Source: Epithemia pelagica
Lineage: Eukaryota > Protista > Bacillariophyta
DNA length: 64,000 nucleotides
Reading direction: 5' to 3'
NCBI GenBank assembly: GCA_946965045.2
Contig: OX337228.1
Location: 5,084,001 to 5,148,000, forward strand
This document shows, one piece after another, positions 32,968 to 41,831 of the stretch. The position numbers and the translations under genes are program-made. The first letter of the stretch is position 1. Each line of letters starts with the position of its first letter. The notes under the pieces were generated by a model. The model searched no databases. It worked only from the letters and a program-made list of their open reading frames with translations, and was not told where the DNA came from.

Positions 32968-33874
32968 ATGCGCCAGACGCGTAGTGCTACCAAACGAGCT
33001 GAGTCTGCGAAGAAGGAGCAGGAGGACTCCGCCGCAGCTCCCTCCACAACCGCATTTCCCTCCGACAAGGGAAACAAGGGAAACAAGGCAAACAAGAAAA
33101 TGAAGACAAAGACGGCCGTGGACAACAAAACGTCGAAGAAGAAGAAGACGACGACGACGAAGTGTCCCGCTTCGACAAAGAAGCATGTGACCTTCAACCT
33201 TGAGGGTCCTTCGTCGTGGCACGAGCGCGCAAAACAGTGGCAACTCACCATTGGGGATGAAGATGGTATCCCAGTGTTCTTCGTCAGCAACAAGGACGTC
33301 GAATGCGCTAACCTGTCGGATATCGCGGCAGAGCTCCTTGCGATCGAGGCTGTCGGCAAAGAAGGTAAGTTTGATTGTTCATTGTTGGTTTTGAGTCTCC
33401 CTTTCTCACGACGCGCCCTCTGCTGCCACAGACACCAAACCCAACAGCAAGCCCGACAACAAGCCCGACAGCAAGCCCGAGAAGGAGATCAAGAAGGAGG
33501 ACGACGTCGAGAACAAGACTCCAGAGTCTTATGTGACCCCGAAGAAAGTAACTTCTTCCCCGAAGGTGGCGTCTCGAGCTTTCGCACTGACCCCCTCCCA
33601 GAAGCATGCTTTCCAGCGTCGGATTGCTGAGGAACAGGTGAAGGAAAGTGGAGCGACAGACCCTCGCCAGACTTTGAATGAGTCGCTGGCATTGGGAGAA
33701 AACATCCCGTCGTCTCCTCCTTTGTTCTTTAGCAATCCTTCCCGTGCATACCGGACATCCATTGATTCGTATGCCGATGATGGATTTCTCGAGACCCAAG
33801 AAGACTTCATCGGTACGCAGCAAAACGGGCTTTTTGGTCCCGATTACTTGGATCATGAGGACGAGGCGTACTAG
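32968..33874 (+). CDS. Transposon cargo ORF B, hypothetical with Lys-rich N-terminus and acidic C-terminus, 2 exons
   Basis: MRQTRSATKR...AVGKE, then a GTAAGT...CAG intron at 33365-33431 joins in frame to DTKPNSKPDNKPDSKPE...DYLDHEDEAY*. Confidence 0.65.
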
Positions 33875-33924
33875 ATATCTACTGATGGACGTTTTAGGTA
33901 TCCTTAATCACTAAATATGAATCG

Positions 33925-34145
33925 ATTTGTCATCATGGTACTTGTAGTGCTTCTACAGTCGTTCTTGTTGTGATTATCATTATTGTCGTCGTCCAAGTCC
34001 TCGTCATTGTCGTGGCTATCATTGTCGTCGTTGTATTGTAGTCGTCCTTGTTGTAGCTATCATCGCTCATCCCGTTTGTCCTCTTCATCATCGTTATGGT
34101 CGTGATTGTCATGGTCATCATCATCGTCATCGTCGTCATCCAGCT
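33925..34145 (-). repeat. Degenerate GAY/AAY trinucleotide low-complexity tract (Asp/Asn-rich coding remnant)
   Basis: The minus strand reads [20 protein letters not shown]..., interrupted by stops and a frame change. Confidence 0.5.
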
Positions 34146-34400
34146 TCCCAGTGTCGGCAGTTGGGTCCCGGTTTGCGGGCGCGTCTCGTATGGATGTACG
34201 AGGGAGTTCGTGATTGGTCCCAGACGAGCTATGATTCTTATCTCATATTTTGCGTTTTCGACACTTCATGGAAACAAACACGACAATGTACTAAAGTATA
34301 ATATGAAGGAATAAACTAATAAATCTTAATGTCATACTGCAACTCAACGTACCATGGTATTCTTTTTCAACAATAACACACTTTCACCACGAGGAAAGAT

Positions 34401-37250
34401 CTAAGTTTGATCGGCTTCTTTGCTCGCGATCTTCTTACCAGGTTTATAATTCGCGGCCACAAGCACCTTACGAGGATTGTCACTTAGGACGCAAACACGC
34501 TTGTCCCCGACCCAAAGCTTAACCCCAACGAGCCCACTTCGGCGAACACCAGGGATGTCTTTGTCATGGAAGTAGTAGTCGGAAAGCCTGCTTTCTCCAG
34601 AAGGAAGGTTGTAGGTGTTCTTTGGCATGGGATCGTGAACGGTCCCATCTTTTCCTTGGTACACGTAGAAATGTGCACGTGGATTCCCCATCTCCCCAGT
34701 CTTAAAGCCACCAGCATGGACAGTATCTCCTCGAACGAGGAGAAACGTGCCATATGGGATATGTACCACTTTACCCAGCTCGTTCATATAATCCTTGTGC
34801 TTCTCACCGCGGAAACTCCACAATTCAACGGACATACCCTCCTCCGCCAGGGGCATGAAAACAATAAAAGGCATGCGTTCCCGGAGTGGCAGATCTGCAT
34901 TCGCTCTCCGAGTCTTTTTGATTGGTTGCTTCCCGGAGGGCGTTTTGGGACCTTCGGACATGTTCCCTGTTACGCTCTGGAACAAGAAGTCGATGTGAGG
35001 TTCTTGAACTTTTGCCTCTGTGGTCTTCATGAACGAAAGGTGAATGTTGATTTGGTCCGCAAATGAATCATCTTTTGCGTAGTTCATCCCATAGAGAGCT
35101 GAGGCAAGCAGCTGCTTGAAATTGGCCGTGACCTTTGCAGCATGTTCGGGGTTAACGTGGCCGAAGTACCGAATGTTGGACACCATTCCCTCATGTTCCA
35201 TCATTGCCATCAACAAATTTGGTGTGTAGTCTTGAACAGATTTGAAAAATTTGCCCTTTCCTTTCTGGTCCAAGCCTGTGCTGTGCCACGCATTCTCCAA
35301 CATTTCGAGGAGATCTGGCGGAGTTGTCAAAAAATATCCTCGATACATTTTGTTTTCAATATCGTACAGCCATTTGAAATACTTCGAGCGCAATTCTCTA
35401 TGTAACAACTTCATTTTCTCGAAACGCTCATTCTCCTTCGCTTTCGCATCGATCGCTTCCATCTCCTCAAAAATACTATCCGTGTCATCTTCTGCCATTA
35501 CCACTGGTACGAACATTCCAGTACTAGGGCTGGGATTGGCTTGAGTGGCGGGTTGAGCTTGTGCTGCAGGTAGGACGGGACTGCTGGGAAGGAGCACGGG
35601 TTGAGCTTGTGCTGCAGGTGGGATGGGATTGCTCGGAAGGAGGTGGGGTGAGCCTTCGACCGGCTGGGTCGTGCGTTGTTGTTGCTGCTGATGATGGAGC
35701 GATGAAGGTAGAGTCCCCCCGTAACCTCCATAGTTGGGTTGATTGTAGGACGGAGGATGTCCATGGTACTGCGGCGGAGGATGACTCGTCGGAGGATGAG
35801 GATAATGCGGCGGAGGATAAGGATAATGCGGCGGAGGATGATGATTGTACTGCGGCGGAGGGTAATTGTACTGCGGCGGAGGATAATTGTACTGCGGCGG
35901 AGGATGGTGATAATATTGCGGAGGATAATGCGGCGGCAGCTGAGGGGGCGAATTGTAGTGCTCAGAAACGTATTGCGGAGGAGGCGGAGAAGGAGGACGA
36001 GCAACAGTAGCAACTGGACGGAAAACAGTAGAAGGAGAAGTTAAGACAGGCTTCTTTGTTTTTTTCCCGTCGTCTTCATTTTCATCACTGGGTCGACCGC
36101 GTTTCTTTCCCTCGTCTTCGTCGTCGTCACCTTTCGTCGACGGTCGGATAACCTGTTCGGAGGACGTCGGCGATTCGTCCGTAAGGTTATAAAACAAAGA
36201 CAGCTCGTCGCCCGGCTCAATATTTTTGATTGCCTTAACTAGAAGATTCGGCATGATTCTCACGTTGTAACCGTCGTCCGATTCATCCGGTGGATTGTCT
36301 GTACCGTACAGATGGTGTTGGTGGTCGTTGATTAAGTGCAGCCCCATGCCGAAGTGATCGTCGTTGTCTGCTTGAAGCCTTCGATTGTCACGTCCGAACT
36401 GAATCGCGTACTCGTTGGGTACAACTGTCCGAGACGTGACGTCGTTTCCCGTGTACGCACCAATCACTTCACCATCTTTGATTGTCCGAACTGCAAAAAC
36501 GCCAAACCCGGCGCCTGGGAGTTTTGACTCCTTCACCTCAAACAGAAGCATTTTTCCAAGGTAGATCTTGACTACCGGATTGTTCGCAAATGTGTAACCG
36601 ACATGCTTGCCGATCGGGAAGGTATGTTTTCTGTTCTTCTTGACAGGGAGACCCATTCCACTCGAAAGTGGCACAATCTTCCCCTTTAGCAAGCCAGAAC
36701 CGGGCTTCCGAATTGGAGCTTCTTGGACCGAAAAAGTGGCCGAAATCTTCCGTGAGACATACTCTCCCATAGCACAGGCAAGTACAGCACTGTCTTTGAT
36801 CTTGGAGAGCGTCTTGAGGCCTTCGGTGAAAGTCCTGATTGGATCCCGTCCAGAACGAGAAGGGAGTTTCTCCACTTCCTCGATGCCTTTCTTGTAGTCC
36901 TCTGTGCGCGTATCGATGAGGAGCTGCCGCATTTGAGTTTCCGAATACTGTTTGCTGTGGTCCTTCTCTGGATGGCCACGCCGAACATCTGCAAGCTTTT
37001 TATCCTTCACTTCGGCAAAGTCTTGATCCGAAAGAAACCGATGGTGCTTTGTTGTTGTCGCTTCGTCTGTTGCTGCTGCTTCGGGTGCTGCGGCTGCTGC
37101 TGCTTCGGGCGCCGCTGCTGCTTTGGCTGACTGCTCTTCCGCTGCATCTATTGCAAGTATAAGAGCGTCAAGATTTCCTTTGTCACTCATGCTGTCTCGT
37201 TTTTGAGCGCCTGCTTTTGAATACTGTTTCTTAGGGCTTGGTTTCCCCAT
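34401..37250 (-). CDS. Transposon cargo: SET domain plus Pro/Tyr-rich linker plus 2OG-Fe(II) dioxygenase-like domain (949 aa)
   Basis: SET part: VKESKLPGAGFGVFAVRTIKDGEVIGAYTG...HLINDH...VKAIKNIEPGDELSLFYN. Dioxygenase part: QEPHIDF (HxD)...PFIVFMPL...VHIPYGTFLLVRGDTVHAGG (distal His)...NPRAHFY (candidate 2OG-binding Arg). Confidence 0.88.
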   Translation of the reverse strand: MGKPSPKKQYSKAGAQKRDSMSDKGNLDALILAIDAAEEQSAKAAAAPEAAAAAAPEAAATDEATTTKHHRFLSDQDFAEVKDKKLADVRRGHPEKDHSKQYSETQMRQLLIDTRTEDYKKGIEEVEKLPSRSGRDPIRTFTEGLKTLSKIKDSAVLACAMGEYVSRKISATFSVQEAPIRKPGSGLLKGKIVPLSSGMGLPVKKNRKHTFPIGKHVGYTFANNPVVKIYLGKMLLFEVKESKLPGAGFGVFAVRTIKDGEVIGAYTGNDVTSRTVVPNEYAIQFGRDNRRLQADNDDHFGMGLHLINDHQHHLYGTDNPPDESDDGYNVRIMPNLLVKAIKNIEPGDELSLFYNLTDESPTSSEQVIRPSTKGDDDEDEGKKRGRPSDENEDDGKKTKKPVLTSPSTVFRPVATVARPPSPPPPQYVSEHYNSPPQLPPHYPPQYYHHPPPQYNYPPPQYNYPPPQYNHHPPPHYPYPPPHYPHPPTSHPPPQYHGHPPSYNQPNYGGYGGTLPSSLHHQQQQQRTTQPVEGSPHLLPSNPIPPAAQAQPVLLPSSPVLPAAQAQPATQANPSPSTGMFVPVVMAEDDTDSIFEEMEAIDAKAKENERFEKMKLLHRELRSKYFKWLYDIENKMYRGYFLTTPPDLLEMLENAWHSTGLDQKGKGKFFKSVQDYTPNLLMAMMEHEGMVSNIRYFGHVNPEHAAKVTANFKQLLASALYGMNYAKDDSFADQINIHLSFMKTTEAKVQEPHIDFLFQSVTGNMSEGPKTPSGKQPIKKTRRANADLPLRERMPFIVFMPLAEEGMSVELWSFRGEKHKDYMNELGKVVHIPYGTFLLVRGDTVHAGGFKTGEMGNPRAHFYVYQGKDGTVHDPMPKNTYNLPSGESRLSDYYFHDKDIPGVRRSGLVGVKLWVGDKRVCVLSDNPRKVLVAANYKPGKKIASKEADQT
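35745..35960 (-). repeat. Tandem 18-21-bp repeats encoding PPPQYNY/PPPHYPH units
   Basis: The plus strand has repeated tactgcggcggagg/aatgcggcggagg units, in frame within the SET-dioxygenase ORF. Confidence 0.85.
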
Positions 37251-37662
37251 GGTCGAAACGCAAAAACTCGAAACACGAAACACAAGAAACACGAAACGCA
37301 GCATTCTCCTCAGCCCTCAGCCCACATTCCAAAAAAAAAATCTTGAGCTCACATACTAAAAAACGGTGAAGTTTTGGTATGTGGGCTGAGTTACTTAAGG
37401 ATTTGCGTGCCAGTTTTGCGATGCGTGCGCGTTTTCGGAGAGGGAGGCGTGTTTCGCGCGAGGTCTGCTCCGAAAATCGTCCATTTTCTCGCTCTCTCAC
37501 ATTTTCGAGGTACTTACAAACTGATAATCCAACACGCAACACGAGCACGCAACACGGAAGTGATCATTGATACCAATAACTGACAAGAAATACATTCAAT
37601 AAAATGGATTGCTGTTATAAATAGTTAAGTTACATGCATTTTGATGATAAATGGAGATTAGA

Positions 37663-40600
37663 TCAGGTTTCTACTGCACCAGATCCTTGCGTTTCTCTCC
37701 AGAGACGTGAGATGAAGCCATGATCTTGGTCGAAGGCGGATCGGTGACACTTGATTGCTTTTGACATCTTTTCAATTTCGGCATACGAGAGGCCCGCAGC
37801 TGCATAGTCGCTGTTGTTGGAATTTTGATCGTATAACAAGTACGCGAGCATATAGCGACGTGCCTTTGCTGACATTTTCCGCATGATTTCGGGTGTTGTT
37901 TTCTTCAGGCTCGCTGTCAAACATCGTAAAAAGGCAGCTTTGTCTTTCTTCTCATTCAGTGAGAAAGCACGAAAGACTTTTTTTGAGTAACCCCAGCCAT
38001 ACTCGATCCCCTCACCGGCCATTTCACAGTGATACTTGGTCGATACGAGAATCTCGATCCTGCAACGATGTCGTTCAGACAAGTCTTCCGCCAGCTTCTC
38101 CATTGCAGATTTTTCGTTCTTGAAATCGGAGCATTCGCTCATCAGATGAACCATAGAGTACTTTTTGTAGTCCGCCTGATAGGCTTCTTTCACAGTCTTC
38201 TTATCCGCTTCCAACCATGCATCTCTGGTTGTCTTGACGTACTTGATCATGTTGTTAGGGTCTATCCACCCCCGCTCCCATAACACTTGAAAGAGCCCTT
38301 TTGCATTATTCATCCAGCCTTCCTCGATCACATCATCTTCAATCACCGTTGCAATGTTGGAGCGTTTACAAAGGTCCTGTAGTTCACCAGCATTTTTCGA
38401 TTGAAATGAACGTTGCATTCCAGGTCCCATGACCCGGACAAGTTTTGCCATGAGCTCCTTCTTTGTGAGGTTGCGCTTTTTCTTTCTACCAGTTCGGTGT
38501 GTATTCTTCGATGCGACACGCTGCGCGTCATTGAGACGATGGCCTTTTTTAGCAACTGGACCACGATCGTTCTCCTGATAGACGAGGTGTTGTACGTCAC
38601 CAACTCGTAGTTTGTCGTCATGGTTGTACGGGCCAAGGCAAGCTTGATCAATAATTTGTGTGTCCCGCATGCTGGGAACAGCTCCTCCCCAGTCGTTATT
38701 CATGTTCAGAGCATTTAACCCATCGGATTGTTGTTTTCCATGACCACTGCTTTGGTCGAACAAAAAGACAAAGTCATGGGCGGGGAACATGACCACGAGG
38801 CAATCGACAATATCCTCCAACTGCAAGGCCATGTATTCATAATTCCAATATCCCTCTTTATCTGCTCCGTATTCAAAAAAGCGAGTGAACGGTTGGGCAT
38901 TGGTAATTGGAGTCTTGGCAGTGTGACCATTGAGGTTCACTGCAGCCTCGGTAGAGACGTATTTGTTGTGTGTCGCATGTAGACGGAGTTCATTAATCCG
39001 AAATAGACTCGCAGCAAGCAACGGGTTTCCGTTCATAAGGAAGCCCCATGATCGGCTTACAAAAGCGCTGATCATCATCCCATGTCCATCATCCTTTGGC
39101 AGCATTTTAGTTGCGCCATCTTTAGTGTACCATGCCTTAGACGAGAAGGAAAACTGCTTGTAGATCGATTCGTCCTGGCCGATGAGGATGACAGGTTTGC
39201 GGTCGGAGGGAAACCTGTGTGACAAGTTTCCATTGTGAATTGTGTTTTCTGGTTTGATGTACCGTTCAAATTCGCTTGGGAAGGCATCAACATGGTACTC
39301 CCGCATCTGCTTGCCTGTTGTTACATCAGTGTACTCAAATACAAAGCTGTTTGGCAAGAGCTTCTCCTTGCCCGCATTCCCTTCGTTTTCAAGTTTGATT
39401 GCATCCTCGGTAGGGAGCTGCACCCACCGATACGACAGCTCTTCCCACTTAAAGTACTTCTTGACAAAAGCAGCTCTGTGGGCAACATTCTCAGCATTTT
39501 CGTGTCGATCAGTGAAGTATGTTTTCGTGTGTTCCTTGAACACGAGCCCTGCAGCAGCAATACATCGCCACGCTGTGCTTTGCGAAATGGTGGAAAGCTT
39601 CATCGATGCCAAGAAGGCCTCGTACGATACTGGCGTTGCATTCGTATCCATGCACTCTTGTACGATCATGGTATGCATATCCGGAAGCAATGTTGTCCTC
39701 AGGTACATTAGAGCAGACTCTGTTGTAAGAGTGCTCAGGTTTTCCTTTGCCCAGCATTCAAACTTTACCTTTGCTTCAGGTATGTGAACGAATAAGACGG
39801 GCGATGGCTCTTTCCCAATATGAACGTGGTAGTTGGGATGAGGGAAACTGTCGTTTTCCCGAAAGTACCTGTGAAAACGAGCAATGGTCTTGGGATGTTT
39901 TTTTACTTTTTCACCATAAATCTGTTCCATTTTGCTTATGGCTTCGCTTATGCAGTTCAGCCATGTACGACCGTGTGGCATATCAAGCAACGCTATCTTA
40001 TAAGAAAGTTGTAAATACGTTGCCTTGAGCAGTACCCTCTGTTGCTGTTCCTGGTTGGGGGGGAAGATGTCTCCCTTGTTAACCACATTCGGAAGTGCCT
40101 CCACGTTGGAAATGGCCCTTTCAAGGGTTTCTATCCATCGCTCAAGATTTCGTTTTGACGATCCTGGAGAATCGCATTTGCCGGCAAAGAGCCTACGGTT
40201 CCTTGGCTCATCAAAACAGGCGCTTTCCATTTGTTGCGATAGACCTTGGATCATCTCACTCTCGAAAACTGAAAAACCAATCGGCAAACTCTGTGGATGG
40301 TCATGGCCGATTTCGTCTGTGGCCAATTCAGGATGTTGGATTGCTCCAACAAGCACCTGATTTGTGTTGTCGTGAGGTGGTGACGTTTGCATTTCGGTAG
40401 GGCTGTCTCCAATTTGTGGCGGTTGACCATGTTGCTGCGTTGCAGTGCTCTTCATTGCTGGTGGTGTTGTAGTGTTTCTTGCTTGCTTGGATACAGTTGC
40501 CGTGCCTTCATGTACCCCTGGTGAGTCTTCGTTCCTTCGCTTCGTTGGCTTCTCTCGTCCCGACCGCCGAATCACATTCTCGGCTGCAGCCTCCAGCCAT

Positions 40601-40929
40601 TCTTGGTGATCGTTCAACATCACTGGCAGTTTTGTTGTGTCGGAGCTTATATACAAGAATGTGTATCTTTGTTTATTGATTGTGATTTTGTGGCGGTACC
40701 AGCCAAACTTGTTTGGTTCCGACACCTCATTTTCGAAAATGGGTTTAAGGACAATGTCTCTAGAGAAAAGAGAATTCAATCTGATTGTCGACAGTCCTGG
40801 CAACCAAGTTCTCAGGTATCCTACAATCTCGGTGTCTTGGATCCACTTGTTGCAGAATCCAAACGAGGATCGGGTGCATCGCGTCTTAAAGACGTCAAGA
40901 ATATCTTTCCCAGAAAAATTTCGTTCCAT
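37663..40929 (-). CDS. DDE transposase, IS630-Tc1-mariner-like, long-insertion type (1088 aa, uninterrupted)
   Basis: ISQSTAWRCI...GLVFK (HTH end); YFTDRHE; ILIGQDES (D1); GHGMMISAFV; EGYW; FLFDQSSGH (D2); KGLFQVLWERG; STKYHCEMAGEGIEYGWGYSK (E motif, equivalent to PxxSPDLNPIExxW). Confidence 0.93.
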   Translation of the reverse strand: MERNFSGKDILDVFKTRCTRSSFGFCNKWIQDTEIVGYLRTWLPGLSTIRLNSLFSRDIVLKPIFENEVSEPNKFGWYRHKITINKQRYTFLYISSDTTKLPVMLNDHQEWLEAAAENVIRRSGREKPTKRRNEDSPGVHEGTATVSKQARNTTTPPAMKSTATQQHGQPPQIGDSPTEMQTSPPHDNTNQVLVGAIQHPELATDEIGHDHPQSLPIGFSVFESEMIQGLSQQMESACFDEPRNRRLFAGKCDSPGSSKRNLERWIETLERAISNVEALPNVVNKGDIFPPNQEQQQRVLLKATYLQLSYKIALLDMPHGRTWLNCISEAISKMEQIYGEKVKKHPKTIARFHRYFRENDSFPHPNYHVHIGKEPSPVLFVHIPEAKVKFECWAKENLSTLTTESALMYLRTTLLPDMHTMIVQECMDTNATPVSYEAFLASMKLSTISQSTAWRCIAAAGLVFKEHTKTYFTDRHENAENVAHRAAFVKKYFKWEELSYRWVQLPTEDAIKLENEGNAGKEKLLPNSFVFEYTDVTTGKQMREYHVDAFPSEFERYIKPENTIHNGNLSHRFPSDRKPVILIGQDESIYKQFSFSSKAWYTKDGATKMLPKDDGHGMMISAFVSRSWGFLMNGNPLLAASLFRINELRLHATHNKYVSTEAAVNLNGHTAKTPITNAQPFTRFFEYGADKEGYWNYEYMALQLEDIVDCLVVMFPAHDFVFLFDQSSGHGKQQSDGLNALNMNNDWGGAVPSMRDTQIIDQACLGPYNHDDKLRVGDVQHLVYQENDRGPVAKKGHRLNDAQRVASKNTHRTGRKKKRNLTKKELMAKLVRVMGPGMQRSFQSKNAGELQDLCKRSNIATVIEDDVIEEGWMNNAKGLFQVLWERGWIDPNNMIKYVKTTRDAWLEADKKTVKEAYQADYKKYSMVHLMSECSDFKNEKSAMEKLAEDLSERHRCRIEILVSTKYHCEMAGEGIEYGWGYSKKVFRAFSLNEKKDKAAFLRCLTASLKKTTPEIMRKMSAKARRYMLAYLLYDQNSNNSDYAAAGLSYAEIEKMSKAIKCHRSAFDQDHGFISRLWRETQGSGAVET

Positions 40930-41285
40930 CCTGTTGTAGACCGTGTTGCGTGGGATGAGTTGGATGATCGAATTATTGAGGATGATGCCAACCGTTTGAG
41001 ATGTTGCCCCATTTGGGGTGGTTCAAGTAAACCCTAAAGCATCCGGATGCAGCTCGGCAACATCTCGAACGGTTGGGATGGCCCTCCACCATGGTCGTTA
41101 GACAACAACCGTTTTTTCATCATTTTCGACGGAATTCTAGCGTTCGGAAGCTGTCACACATCACGGTACGAAACAAAAAATTTATTATTCAGACACTGGG
41201 TTGTCACGAGTCGGACACTTTCATTCACTAGTCAGGCCAAACGCTATTGAGGATTATATTTTATGGTACTAAATCTACGAGGGGT

Positions 41286-41319
41286 CTACGTCAGGAACAT
41301 ACTCCCTGAACTCAGCTTG
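41286..41319 (-). repeat. Right terminal inverted repeat (34 bp)
   Basis: ctacgtcaggaacatactccctgaactcagcttg, followed by TA. Confidence 0.93.
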
Positions 41320-41831
41320 TACAGGTATAGGTAGCCCGACGCCCGACCCACAATAAATGCGACCAGATTACGATGGATAAGGATAAGGATAAGGTAATCC
41401 TCGAATTATCGTACCGCTAAAATGACGTTATTGGTAAGAAACGGACGGTGGGTATTTGGCATTGTGTGTATGCAATGTCTATGTGCATCGTGTATCGTGC
41501 ATATGGGGCGTACGAGGTACGAGTACACGAGTAGTCGTAGTTCCTCTATGCATTTTTCTTTCTTTTTCTGCCGGGTTTCGATTTTGGATCGGATAAAATC
41601 CATTGATGTTAGCCTTTTGGAAAGAAAAAGGAAAAAATGAGTTCAGAAAAGAAGTCGTGGTAGAATGAATCACGAACGGACACACCCCTTGCCCTTCGCT
41701 TTCTATCGTTCAGAGTGTACGCGAGGAACAAGGTGTCCGGAACATCTGTTTTCGCGGCCACGTTCCATCCAACAAAGGACACAAATCAAACGAAAACAGA
41801 ATTTCACGACATCTATACTATCGCTATCGCA

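Larger units (their letters stand above)
31596..41319. mobile_element. 9.7-kb IS630-Tc1-mariner-like DNA transposon with cargo genes
   Basis: The left end CAAGCTGAGTTCAGacAGaATGTTCCTGACGTAG is the reverse complement of the right end at 31 of 34 positions. TA lies immediately outside both ends (31594-5 and 41320-1). An internal intact DDE transposase is present. Confidence 0.93.

Noticed and set aside
35498-36044. Regularly spaced repeats and Arg/Ile-rich or Asp/Glu-rich alternate-frame ORFs
   Set aside because: These are coding PPPQY tandem repeats of the SET-dioxygenase gene. There are no unique spacers, so this is not a CRISPR array, and the alternate ORFs are by-products.
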